A stretch of 64,000 nt of DNA, from the NCBI GenBank assembly GCA_965223905.1, contig CBDCXV010000010.1, positions 1,248,001 to 1,312,000 on the forward strand, in the 5' to 3' direction. The DNA is from Candidatus Latescibacterota bacterium. Its GTDB lineage: Bacteria > Latescibacterota > UBA2968 > UBA8231. A model generated the notes under the pieces. That model saw only the letters and a program-made list of their open reading frames with translations, was not told where the DNA came from and searched no databases. The stretch's first letter is position 1. Every line of letters starts with the position of its first letter. Both the position numbers and the translations under genes were made by a program. Shown here piece after piece: positions 9,402 through 19,049 of this stretch.

Positions 9402-10418
9402 CTACGTCATGACAAAGGGTGGGTACGCCGGAAGATCACCGCGCAGATGGCGTGCAAGCAACGTCGCCTGCACCGATGGCAACGCCCACCTGCCTATTCG
9501 TCGATCGGAAATGGCATGATATATCTCTGCCTCCTTGTGGGCTTCCCATTCCTTGATCAGGCTCGTTCTTCCCTCATCGCTCATGTAGACGCCGCCTCCC
9601 GGCATCCGCACGAAACTATCCTGGCCTACCTGTCGGCGGCGAATCAATGACACGACGAACCGGTCTGTCAGCGCCCGCAGCTCTTCGGCAAGGTCGAGGG
9701 CAAGTGACGGCCTGCCCGAACGCGGGCGATGGAAGAATCCCATCTGGTAGTCCAGGCCGACGCCTTCTACCGCGCCGATGAACTCCGTAACCAGCAAGCC
9801 GTAGCAGAACCCGAGCATTGCATTGACCGGATCCCTGGGCGGCCTCCGGGTCCGCGCTTCGAACGAGAAATTGCTCTTCGAAACGGCTTGACCGACCGCG
9901 CCGAAATAGGCTCTGGCGGCATCGCCTTCGATTCCTCGAACATGGTCGGCGGTGTCGACGCCGGCCAGTCGAGAAATCCGGTCCGAAATCTGTGCGGCGC
10001 GCGTGGCAAGACGACGAGCTTCAGCCGGATCTTTCTCATCCCGTGCCCAGCGGTCGACAACTTTCCTGCTGTTCTGGAGTTTTGCCGCTACGATCGCTTT
10101 GGACAACGCCAGCGAGTGTTCGTCATCCGTAACCGCCCGATACAGGGATATTCGCAAGTGAACGTTGCCGCCGGTCGAGGCGCCAACAACAAACCGAACC
10201 GCTCCACTCATCTTCAGCGCCGTGACGCGAACGCCGCGCCGCACGCACGCCTCCAACGCCTGGGTGGTGATCTGCGCGCTGCCTAACATGACGACCGCGT
10301 CGATCGCTTCCAGGGGAATCCGTTGGCTGCCTTCGGGGGAAGTTACCAGCAGCGAACCGCGGCGATGCTTCACGCGGGCCCGATGGTCGCGGACGTACAC
10401 CGTGCTCAGGTAGCGCAT
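9402..10418 (-). CDS. cas1: CRISPR-associated endonuclease Cas1
   Basis: True start MRYLSTVYVRDH (ATG 10418); GIEGDAARAYF, RTRRPPRDPVNAMLGFCYGLL, GFFH, SLALDLAEELR. Confidence 0.96.
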   Translation of the reverse strand: MRYLSTVYVRDHRARVKHRRGSLLVTSPEGSQRIPLEAIDAVVMLGSAQITTQALEACVRRGVRVTALKMSGAVRFVVGASTGGNVHLRISLYRAVTDDEHSLALSKAIVAAKLQNSRKVVDRWARDEKDPAEARRLATRAAQISDRISRLAGVDTADHVRGIEGDAARAYFGAVGQAVSKSNFSFEARTRRPPRDPVNAMLGFCYGLLVTEFIGAVEGVGLDYQMGFFHRPRSGRPSLALDLAEELRALTDRFVVSLIRRRQVGQDSFVRMPGGGVYMSDEGRTSLIKEWEAHKEAEIYHAISDRRIGRWALPSVQATLLARHLRGDLPAYPPFVMT

Positions 10419-11023
10419 CTGAATACAACGTCGTTCATGTACCTGGTCACCCTGTTCGGGACGCTCGTCAGTCCGGGCAAACAGTGATGCTGCAGCTGGC
10501 ACTCCGTGCAGCGAGAATCGTTGGGAGCACCCGGCAGAGATGCTGTGAGTAGCTGCTGCCGGATTTCTTTTATGATCGCGCCGACCTGACGACGTAGGGC
10601 CGGCGTGAAAGCGACGCGAACCCGTCGCCTCGGACCGCCGTACCAGACGTGCCCATCCGGTATATCTACGTCGAGCATCTCTTCGAGGCACAATGCCTGA
10701 GCGCAGAGCTGCAGATCGGCCGCGGAGCCATGCCGGACGCCCGATTTGTATTCGACAGGACGGACCCCTTCCGAATCGATCTCGACAGCATCGGCGCGGC
10801 CCGTCAGTCTCAGGGTCTCCGACCACAGCGGAATGGATCGCAACACCTGCCGTCCTCGTTCTTGCCTGTGGCGTCCGCTGTCGACACGGCGATGCGCATG
10901 GGTACCCCTGACCGTATGCGCGTTGTCGCTCCAGACACCGTCGCAGTGGATCAGGGCGCATTGACGGGGGCAGTACTCGAAGTGCTCGATAGCGGAAATC
11001 GGGACAATGGGCTGGTCGGTCAC
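10406..11023 (-). CDS. cas4: CRISPR-associated exonuclease Cas4
   Basis: ISAIEHFEYCPRQC, GRADAVE, PVEYKSG, QLCAQALCLEEM, CTECQLQHHC (Fe-S cysteines). Confidence 0.96.
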   Translation of the reverse strand: MTDQPIVPISAIEHFEYCPRQCALIHCDGVWSDNAHTVRGTHAHRRVDSGRHRQERGRQVLRSIPLWSETLRLTGRADAVEIDSEGVRPVEYKSGVRHGSAADLQLCAQALCLEEMLDVDIPDGHVWYGGPRRRVRVAFTPALRRQVGAIIKEIRQQLLTASLPGAPNDSRCTECQLQHHCLPGLTSVPNRVTRYMNDVVFRCAT

Positions 11024-11920
11024 AGCTGTTCGGCCCCAAACGCCCTGGTCGTATCAGCTGAGCCTCTAGGCTTGAACTGGACAGTCTGCCACCCGTCGTG
11101 CACTCCGATTCGGGACCATGCGGCTTTTCTTCTGGGCGTCCAGACATCCATGAGGGCATCGATGCCGGCGGAATCAAGAGGGTGACGCCAAGCCGGCCAC
11201 ATGAACCGGCGCTCGCGTCTGCTCCCCAAGGTTCCCAGCCATCCCCTTTGGGTTTCGCGTGCATCGGACGAACGATCCAGCCGTTCATCAATTCCTGCGC
11301 CCCGCACCGGCAACATGGCCAAGCCGAAGAAAGCAAGCACTTCGACCACAGGGTCGACCCATATAGAGGTCGTATCCGACTGCGAACCCAGCCTCGTCTG
11401 GTCGAAACCCAATCCGTTGTCCTTGACCCGGACGGCACGGCCAGCGAACGAGTCACCGATGCGGTCGATGGAGGGCACTACCTGCGCGTGAACCTTCGTC
11501 AGCCGATGGTGCAGCCACTTGATGGTGCCGGGCCCGGCTGGATCGAAGGGTGCGTGAGCGACTTCTCCGTTTCCGTCAACACAGAGATCCGTCATGGTCG
11601 ACGACAGGGTCCACGAATGTGGGTGACTGCGCGCGGCCCTTGCCCGTGCGGCGAACTCTTCTACCGGAACCTTTCGCCGCAACTGGCCGGCGTCGTTCCA
11701 GTGTTCGGCAATCGGGAGGTCGGTTAGGAAGCCCGTATCCGGCCACGAAGCCACGAGGGCTTCGACAGGGTCAATATCCGCGGCCGAAAGGACGGCCACG
11801 GGCGTGCTGTCTGCGGTCCAGTGAAGCCGGATCGCTGGTATCCAGCACCGTAGCTCCCACCGCTGCCAACCAGCCGTTGAGCCAGGATGCCGGAAGCCCG
11901 GGGCATGTCAGGCTACGCAT
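11020..11920 (-). CDS. cas8g: Type I-G large subunit Cas8g (short Csb3/Cas8u2-like form), +1 frameshift near 11839
   Basis: ATG overlaps the cas3 stop (TGATG): MRSLTCPGLPASWLNGWLAAVGATVLD; removing one base joins it to ...IRLHWTADSTPVAVLSAADIDP...NGLGFD...PVVEVLAFFGLAMLPV; about 299 aa; position in operon. Confidence 0.75.
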
Positions 11921-14742
11921 CAGTGTACCTCCATGTAACCCGGGTCGTCGCCGGCCGATACCGCGTGGTCGGCCTGACGCAGGATCGCTTCGAGCAGGGC
12001 CAGTCCCCAGGGTCCGAACCGGTCGTTGAGCTGTCGGAAACGGGCAGGTTGGTCCCAGTCGACGATGGAGAGGTCGGCCGGTGCTTCGACAGGTACCCCT
12101 TCGACTGACCCGGACACGAAGCCGGTGGTGCCGTCAGCGACTGGAGGCACAAGGGGCCGGCCGCTGCCGTGGTGGCTGATAACCAGATGCAGGAGCAGTT
12201 CGCGCAGGGATGGGTCCACCGAGGCTGGGTGGAGTTCCACCCACTGCCGAACCAGTCGGGCCGAAAGCTCCTCGTGCCGGCCTCCTCGTGGCCAACCGGC
12301 TGCGGCGCGCGCCTCGCTCCATCGGTGGCGAGGCATGTTCGACTTGGCCACTCTGGTGCCGCCGTGCTTTCCGGCGGGATCGAGCCAGAGCTGGAAGCGC
12401 CCGTCCGCCTTGCCGATGTCGTGCATCCGGGCGGCGCGGTCCACTACCTCGGCGAGATCGGCCGCAATGCCGAGGCGCTCCGAAATCGACCGCGCCCGCA
12501 ATCCCACCGCCCGGCAGTGTGGGTCCAGATAAACAGCCGTCCTGGCCAGCGATACCTCGTCGAACTCGTTGCTCCGAGGTTCGCCGCTGTCCTCCTCCTT
12601 GGGCAGCCGGGGCACCTCGTTGGGGGCCGTGACGACTTCCCGGTTCAAGGCGCCGAGGAGGTCCTGCCACTCCCCTTCCTCCCACCCGGCCGGCCTTGCC
12701 GCGGCAACGGCCGTCAGTATCTGCTCCACTGCTTCGGCCCGCTCGGCATCGTCGATGTCCTCATCGTCGCCCGCGATGCCCAGCGCTCGGTCGATGAGAC
12801 CACCAATGGAGATGCCGCAGAGCCGCCGGAGGGCCGCGGCGTCAAGGGACAAGCCATACTCTAGGACGGACATATCCACGACGGGCGACACGGAGGATGT
12901 ATCCCATCCGAACTCGTCCAGAAGACCTCGGTCGGATGGCAGCACAAGCGTGTCGCCGGGCCGAAGACCGTCGCTGGAGACCTTCTCAAGCGTTACACCG
13001 TCGGAACCCAGGCGGCAGAGATCCTCATCCTCGCCGAGCGCGTCCCGGGCCTCGTTGATCGGGACCTCGACCGCCTCGCGGTCGCTGGCCCTCGGCCACA
13101 GCAATTCCCCTTCGTCCGGGACATAGGCGCGCCAGATCAGCGACACTGAGTAGTCCGGGCCGGCGATACCGGAGAAATACGGTTCAACGGGAGCCTCGCC
13201 TTCCGGTGGAGTCGTCGTCTTCATCCACTCCCAAAGAAGCCCGGGAAGGACCTCGGGCGCCCGTCCAGGATCGTCGCAAGGCACTCCCAGAATGCCAGCT
13301 ATTCCTCGGGGCGACAGGTTCACGGTGTCCGCGCCGCCATCCCGCTGGGCAGCTTCCAGCCGCTGAAGCACGGTCTCCGGTTCTGCGCCGTAAACGGGCC
13401 AGGCAGTGGCGTCCCCGGTGGTTGCCCTGCTTCTCTTCACCGGCTTGGGTGGCAGATGTACGTAAATCGCGCGGGCATGGGCATGGCGTCCCAGCCGGTT
13501 CAGCCTGCCGAGGCGCTGAGTGAGGGCCCGTACGCCGCACGCCTCGGTGACGAGATACTCCGCGTCCACGTCGGCTCCGACCTCCAAGGTCTGGGTGGCG
13601 ACCACGATCAGATGACGCTGGCGGCTGGTAGACGCATCGCGGGTGGAGGCCATGCCGTGCACCGAATCGAGAATCCGCGTCCGGGTTCGCTCTGCTTCCC
13701 GTTCCCGGGAGCGGCCGGTCAGAAGCAGGACCTCTGCCGGTTCCTTCGCAGTCAGCTTCCCCAACCGATCGAATGCCTCCCTCGCAACCCGGGGAGTGTT
13801 GGCGAACACCAGGCACGCCGCCGGCGCGGGTGCCTCCCGGATCAGGAAGAGCGCCGCCTCGGCCAACCGCTGCCCGATGTCGCCGGGTTCGAAGACGCAC
13901 ACCTCCATCGGCTTCACCGCGTCCAACCTTTGCCGCACGACCGGGTGTGCTTCATCGTCGGCGTCGAGATCGAACCGGGATTCACCGGCATTACCGGTGG
14001 CTGTAAGCGCAACGATCTTCGGCTTGGAGCGAGCCGGGCCGAAGATGGCCTGTGCGCCGGGGGTGCACTCGGCGAGGGCGATAAGCAAGGTCCGCAGGTG
14101 AGGCCCCAGGTGCGCCTCGTCCAGGAGAACCAGGCTGTCGGTGCCGGCCATGGCGGCGTCAATCGGGCGCATCGACCTCGTCGATCCGTAGCCGCGAAAG
14201 AGCAGCCGGGACCCATACATCGGGAGGGTGGATAGAAGAACGGCGGGGGTGGACGGGTCGGTCGGACGGCGCGAGGTGATTCCGCCGCGAAGCCGGATCA
14301 CTTCCAACGGCTCAGCGTTCGGTCCGGCAGACAGGGAGCGTAGGCGGTCGGCTACCGCGGGGACAAAATCGGCCGCCTCGCCTGCGATTCCCCGCGACGT
14401 GGGATCACCAAGGGCACTGCTGATTGCTTCGCCATGATCGGTCACAGCGTCCACCAGCAGACGCCGGTTGACCACCCACCAGATACGGGTCGGCGCAGTG
14501 CGGTGCGCAGGTGGGCGGTCTGCCTGCGACGCAATCCACCATATCGCGATGTCGAGGCAGGCCGTCTTTCCCAAGCCGGTGGGTACGCCTACCTCGGCAG
14601 GCCACTCTTCGGTATCAGCGACCTGCGCAGCTAGACGCGTCTGCCAGGGAAACGGATCGCGCCCGTTGATCGCTCGATAGAACTCGTCGAAGCCGGGCAT
14701 GGGGGGCAGGACAGGAGGCGGCGCCGGCGCCCTCGCTTCCAT
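11920..14742 (-). CDS. cas3: Type I-G Cas3 helicase with C-terminal HD nuclease
   Basis: PFPWQ, PTGLGKT, VVNRRLLVD, DEAH, ATQTLEVGADVD, QRLGRLNR; C-terminal HDIGKAD, RHE, SHHGSGRP, RQADH. Start at ATG 14742 overlapping the csb2 stop. Confidence 0.95.
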   Translation of the reverse strand: MEARAPAPPPVLPPMPGFDEFYRAINGRDPFPWQTRLAAQVADTEEWPAEVGVPTGLGKTACLDIAIWWIASQADRPPAHRTAPTRIWWVVNRRLLVDAVTDHGEAISSALGDPTSRGIAGEAADFVPAVADRLRSLSAGPNAEPLEVIRLRGGITSRRPTDPSTPAVLLSTLPMYGSRLLFRGYGSTRSMRPIDAAMAGTDSLVLLDEAHLGPHLRTLLIALAECTPGAQAIFGPARSKPKIVALTATGNAGESRFDLDADDEAHPVVRQRLDAVKPMEVCVFEPGDIGQRLAEAALFLIREAPAPAACLVFANTPRVAREAFDRLGKLTAKEPAEVLLLTGRSREREAERTRTRILDSVHGMASTRDASTSRQRHLIVVATQTLEVGADVDAEYLVTEACGVRALTQRLGRLNRLGRHAHARAIYVHLPPKPVKRSRATTGDATAWPVYGAEPETVLQRLEAAQRDGGADTVNLSPRGIAGILGVPCDDPGRAPEVLPGLLWEWMKTTTPPEGEAPVEPYFSGIAGPDYSVSLIWRAYVPDEGELLWPRASDREAVEVPINEARDALGEDEDLCRLGSDGVTLEKVSSDGLRPGDTLVLPSDRGLLDEFGWDTSSVSPVVDMSVLEYGLSLDAAALRRLCGISIGGLIDRALGIAGDDEDIDDAERAEAVEQILTAVAAARPAGWEEGEWQDLLGALNREVVTAPNEVPRLPKEEDSGEPRSNEFDEVSLARTAVYLDPHCRAVGLRARSISERLGIAADLAEVVDRAARMHDIGKADGRFQLWLDPAGKHGGTRVAKSNMPRHRWSEARAAAGWPRGGRHEELSARLVRQWVELHPASVDPSLRELLLHLVISHHGSGRPLVPPVADGTTGFVSGSVEGVPVEAPADLSIVDWDQPARFRQLNDRFGPWGLALLEAILRQADHAVSAGDDPGYMEVH

Positions 14743-16193
14743 CACCGTGCCAGTTCGCTTTCTGTCGGCGATTCGACCGGCACGCAGAGCCCGAACCCGC
14801 GCTGCCGGCCGGCACCGATCACCACCGGTCCCTGAACCGGCTCGGCGAACCAGAGCTCGACATGGGAGTAGGGGAGCCCCGGCCTGCCCGGCCGGTTCAC
14901 CTCCACCGGGGAAAGATCCACCGCTCCGCGAACAAGGGGGCCGCGCGCTTCCCGGAACGCGCCCGGCGCCGGCAGACCAGCGTGTCTGCACCACCGTGTC
15001 ACTTCCGCCAGGTCGAGAGGACGACGGCGCTCGTGAATCGCCGGAAAGGCAGTTACCCACCGGTGGGACGACCGGCACCAGCGGCTTGGGTTCGCGGCCA
15101 AGGGACGAGATTCGTCATTGCGGGCGGAAACCGAAACGTCGATGCCTCGACCCGTCAGATGCCTTACTGCGAATGCGGCATCGCTCGCCCGCTGACGATC
15201 TACGGCATGGGACCCGGGGGGCAGCCACAGCGCCAGCCCGTGAATTCGTCCGCGAGACCGGGGGAACCCGACATCGGGGAGGGCGAGGTAGCGTGCAAGC
15301 TCGTAACCTTTCGCGTCGAACCCGTGGCCGTGAAGCACCGCGGGAGGGTCGCCATGTATCTCCTGGTATTTGCTCAGGACGGCCGCCTTGAACAACTCCG
15401 TGATGGTTGAGACGCGGCGCCCGGAGACCGCGGTGTCGAGACGCAGCCAGGCCACGACAGCACCGCTGTCGATTGGGGCCGCGGTCCCAGGAGATCGATA
15501 CGGTGCCTTGTGGTTGAGAGCAGGAAACTGGGCGCGTCCGATGTCGGCACCGTGTTCGCACCAGGCCTCGTACATCCCATCGAGGATGAGCAGGTCGCCG
15601 GGGGCGGAAACGCCAATCATCAGGTCTCCACCCGGATCGGGGAGAAAGGCATCCGCGGATGAGACTGATTCGGGCACTTGCGTCATGACGCGAACACGCA
15701 CCGGGGAGTCAGCTGCCCCGAGGTAGCCAACTCGAGCAGCGCGGGCTCGGAGAGAGGCCAGCGTGGTCTCGGGCGGGGATTCGTCCCAGGCATAGACCAC
15801 GTGAGGATGGCGGGGCGTGACCCGAACCCCGGGCCGGTTCGGTACGCCGACGCGGCCGACGTACTCCTGATGAACGTCGACCACTTTGCGGCCGTTTTTT
15901 CTTTGACTGCTGAAAGTCCCCTGGTGCCTCACTACGTACCGCTGCTGCAGGACGTTATACTCCCGCTCTGGGTGAGCATGGATGACAGGCGGCGGCAACC
16001 GCTCGAACCACTCCAACTCCGAGCCGTCGGTCACCCGGCAGCGTTCTCCCGTACCGTCCGCGGCAACAAGGGCGGCGAACAGACGGGAGGGCGCCGGCGG
16101 CCACTCACCCGCGGTCAGGCGGCCGGTGTTTGCCGTCCCGTCGGGATCGGCGCGAAACGTCCCGTGCAGAAACTCTACCGAGACGGCAAGCAT
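14742..16193 (-). CDS. csb2: Type I-G Csb2 (Cas5/Cas6 fusion)
   Basis: EWPPAPSRLFAALVA, YLGAADSPV, VLHGH, C-terminal GPVVIGAGRQRGFGLCVP. Confidence 0.93.
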   Translation of the reverse strand: MLAVSVEFLHGTFRADPDGTANTGRLTAGEWPPAPSRLFAALVAADGTGERCRVTDGSELEWFERLPPPVIHAHPEREYNVLQQRYVVRHQGTFSSQRKNGRKVVDVHQEYVGRVGVPNRPGVRVTPRHPHVVYAWDESPPETTLASLRARAARVGYLGAADSPVRVRVMTQVPESVSSADAFLPDPGGDLMIGVSAPGDLLILDGMYEAWCEHGADIGRAQFPALNHKAPYRSPGTAAPIDSGAVVAWLRLDTAVSGRRVSTITELFKAAVLSKYQEIHGDPPAVLHGHGFDAKGYELARYLALPDVGFPRSRGRIHGLALWLPPGSHAVDRQRASDAAFAVRHLTGRGIDVSVSARNDESRPLAANPSRWCRSSHRWVTAFPAIHERRRPLDLAEVTRWCRHAGLPAPGAFREARGPLVRGAVDLSPVEVNRPGRPGLPYSHVELWFAEPVQGPVVIGAGRQRGFGLCVPVESPTESELAR

Positions 16194-17389
16194 CAGTCGG
16201 CGAGATCCGGCCAGGTGGTGCGGATCGCTTTTTTGAGATTGTCCTTGGGGGTGAGTTTGATCGGGGGCTGTTCCCAGCCGTCGAGAGGTACGCCGACTGA
16301 CTTGGCGTGCTCGAGAGCTTCTTTGAGAAGCTTCCCGGTTCCCTTGGCATCACCCAATACGCACACCTTGTCGCCGTCGCTGCCAAGCCACATCGCTGTT
16401 GTCCCCTTGGGCCGCAGTTCCGCACCGGAGCGCAAGGCAAACCCCCGGCCGAAAGCGAGCAGGTGGGCGTGCAGACCAAGCGCAACGAGGAGAGCGCGAG
16501 CTGCGGCGTCCGCTTCTCCGGAGTGATCCGATCCCAGGCTGACTCGCCTGAGCTGGGCAAACGACACCGTGGCCCTCTGGGTTACGCGGGCAAACGAGAC
16601 CGCTGCAGCCGCCGCATCACTGCCCATGAACGGAACTTGGCCGTGACCGATTTCCGAAAGCTTGTCCTTCTTGCCGCCCTCGACTTTGTCCCCTTGGCCG
16701 ATTCCCCAGTTGATGCGATTCTCCTCGTCCGAAGAAATGGCTTCATCGGTGTTGAGGTTCAATGAGTCCCCCTTTAGTCCGAGAACTCGAGTCTCCGTCG
16801 CCGCCGGCTGCCAGCCCACGATCTCCGAAACCCAGGATCGTGCGTGCTTTGTATTGTGCCGCTTCTTGCCGAGGTGGGACTGCCAGAAGCCGTACAAAAG
16901 CGCCTGCGGAAACCACGCCATCAGGGGCCCGCACTCCCACGGAGTGGCCCCGAAGATCGATTGTCCGAGCTCGGTCCTGATGAAATCCTCGTCTCCGAGC
17001 CTGGCATCCCGGAGATACGCATCGGCATTGCGATGCGGAAACTCCAGGCTCGATAGCTGTCTCGGAAGATGGGCTGGAAGGTTGCTCAAGGAGGACAGGT
17101 CAAGCACCAGCTGGGGAACCGACGTCGTGCAATTCCGGCGCAAGGCTTCTTCCAGGCGATTGGCCTGGGACGGCACGTTGTCGATCACAATGACCGGGGT
17201 GGACTCGTCATCGTCCGGCGATGACCACCGTCGATCCGTTTGGTAGGTCCCGCCTTCGTACACGGCAGGTTTGACCAGGCCGCCGGGACCCGACAGCGGT
17301 TCTAGCTCGGTGTCGATGCGGATACCGTCATCGAACGAATCGTCAGCGCAGCCGCTCAGCAGCGCTTTGAGTGTGATGGTGCAGGCCAT
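16193..17389 (-). CDS. cas7g: Type I-G Cas7g (Csb1)
   Basis: VKPAVY, IDNVPSQANRLEEAL, SSLEFPHRNADAYLRD, PQALLYGFWQS, LSEIGHGQVP, LRSGAEL. Confidence 0.93.
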   Translation of the reverse strand: MACTITLKALLSGCADDSFDDGIRIDTELEPLSGPGGLVKPAVYEGGTYQTDRRWSSPDDDESTPVIVIDNVPSQANRLEEALRRNCTTSVPQLVLDLSSLSNLPAHLPRQLSSLEFPHRNADAYLRDARLGDEDFIRTELGQSIFGATPWECGPLMAWFPQALLYGFWQSHLGKKRHNTKHARSWVSEIVGWQPAATETRVLGLKGDSLNLNTDEAISSDEENRINWGIGQGDKVEGGKKDKLSEIGHGQVPFMGSDAAAAAVSFARVTQRATVSFAQLRRVSLGSDHSGEADAAARALLVALGLHAHLLAFGRGFALRSGAELRPKGTTAMWLGSDGDKVCVLGDAKGTGKLLKEALEHAKSVGVPLDGWEQPPIKLTPKDNLKKAIRTTWPDLAD

Positions 17390-17596
17390 GCGGCCACCTC
17401 CGTTTCAGTGAATTCGATTGAGAAGTACTTAGGGGAAAATACCAGCGGCCCGGGACATTTACAATCATTTGCAGCAGTCTCAAACACCACAACTGGTCCG
17501 GGGCCCGGGTGTCCGCGGCCAGGGTAAGAGCCGGACTCGGGATTAGAAGGACGGCCGATTACCTCCAGGGGCCATCCCCACTGGCAGGGCCGAAGA

Positions 17597-18313
17597 TCAG
17601 GTCCAGTTCACGAAAACCAGGTTTTCCAGGTCGTCGACAACGATTTCTACGGAGGAGGGGTCCATCGGTTCGAACCCTTCGAAGTGGTAGTCCGGGATCT
17701 CTACCCCTTTCCCTACGCTGTATCCTGGTTCGAACTCCTCGACCCACTGGATGCCATCGACATTCTCCCCGGTGGAGAAGATCACGCAGTGCCGGGTCGC
17801 CCCTCCCAGGATGTTCTCGAAGTAGTCGTAGTCTTCGGGAAGGATCCCCGGTTCTTCCATCCCGGTCGCCGAGGGTTTGGCAATCAGGAGATAGGCGACC
17901 CCCAGGTTCCGGTTCAGCGCCTCGGGGGGCGGAGTTTCGGAGAGGACCATTTCGAAGGTCAGGTCCTGGGCGTTGACGGTTCCTTCTCCGAAGAAGTAGT
18001 TGTAGTCCTCGCCCGTCACCACACCCCACCAGGCCACAACTTTCGCCCCGGTCAGGTCGGCTCCGGTTTCGTTCCGGATAGTTCCGGAAACCACGAACTC
18101 CTCCTCCGGCCCTTCGGGTTCCGGCGCTTGTTCGGCTGTCCCGGCGGTGCGTTGTTCGGCCAGGTTGTTGACGCTTGCCACCGGCTGGCTCCGGGTAATG
18201 GGGCTGCTGATTCGCTTTGCAGCCGGTGGGTTTTGGCTTTTGACCGGGCTGCTGTTGTCCGAGCAGGATACCAGCAACACCCCGGCCAAAAGGCCCAACA
18301 GTACTCTTCTCAT
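17597..18313 (-). CDS. Putative lipoprotein
   Basis: Start MRRVLLGLLAGVLLVSC (lipobox) with SD GAAGGA; acidic beta-rich body. Confidence 0.75.
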   Translation of the reverse strand: MRRVLLGLLAGVLLVSCSDNSSPVKSQNPPAAKRISSPITRSQPVASVNNLAEQRTAGTAEQAPEPEGPEEEFVVSGTIRNETGADLTGAKVVAWWGVVTGEDYNYFFGEGTVNAQDLTFEMVLSETPPPEALNRNLGVAYLLIAKPSATGMEEPGILPEDYDYFENILGGATRHCVIFSTGENVDGIQWVEEFEPGYSVGKGVEIPDYHFEGFEPMDPSSVEIVVDDLENLVFVNWT

Positions 18314-18338
18314 GGTGTGTCCTTCCTTCAGTTGCGGA

Positions 18339-19049
18339 TCAAGTGGGAATAGCCGCCAGGAATTCCTTTTCAAATCGCACCGCCTCCGACAGCCGTGCGG
18401 CCACCCGCGGCCATGCCTTCCCTATTTTCTTTTGCCTACGTCTATAGTCCTCCGGACGTTTCCCAAACCGCTTTGCCTTGGGAAGATTCCCTAGTTGAGC
18501 CCCCGGATTAGAACGGCATTCCCAGTCGTTGCGTTGGACCAGGGAATTGTTGGGCCAGACGGCAGCAACCACCCAAGCCTCGATATTCTTGGAAGGCGTG
18601 CATAATACCACCTTCGGAGGACACTTAAATTCGCCGAGCCAGTTGAGCACAACCGGTCGCAAGGCGTTGGTCGTACTACTTGGAGGCGGACAGGGTTTTT
18701 CACAAGGCAAATCATTGCGCGGTGCGTCTCGAATGCTTCCACTGCAATAATTTGTTCCTGCAACGTCCGCGTCTACGTGGACGATCAGAACGTCATTGAA
18801 AGAAAGTACCGAAGAACCGGACACGGAACCTCCTCCCTCCGAGGCGGATTGACGGCACCAGCGATAGACTCCGACCCACCCAACACCTGTTTCTCCTGAT
18901 GTCCCCGTATCAAAGGCGCTGGATCCTTCCGGCTGCAATGTCTGGAAAACGAAGTCGGTGTCCGGCAACAACCCGTCCAGAATGGCCCCTATTACGATTG
19001 CGTCGGTAGGTCCTTCGACGGCAACCGCGATACGCAGCGGTTCAGACAT
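18339..19049 (-). CDS. TOPRIM-like protein (DUF4276/RloB-like), partner of the ABC ATPase
   Basis: IAVAVEGPTD, LIVHVDAD (DxD) and NIEAWVVA motifs; overlaps the ATPase stop. Confidence 0.7.
   Translation of the reverse strand: MSEPLRIAVAVEGPTDAIVIGAILDGLLPDTDFVFQTLQPEGSSAFDTGTSGETGVGWVGVYRWCRQSASEGGGSVSGSSVLSFNDVLIVHVDADVAGTNYCSGSIRDAPRNDLPCEKPCPPPSSTTNALRPVVLNWLGEFKCPPKVVLCTPSKNIEAWVVAAVWPNNSLVQRNDWECRSNPGAQLGNLPKAKRFGKRPEDYRRRQKKIGKAWPRVAARLSEAVRFEKEFLAAIPT

Noticed and set aside
9402-11456. 684-aa ORF suggesting a Cas4-Cas1 fusion
   Set aside because: The N-terminal half is an off-frame shadow of cas4 and cas8g; Cas4 has its own frame and stop, and Cas1 starts at 10418.
14743-15078. N-terminal extension of Cas3
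   Set aside because: Overlaps csb2 in another frame; the TGATG-coupled start at 14742 is more plausible.
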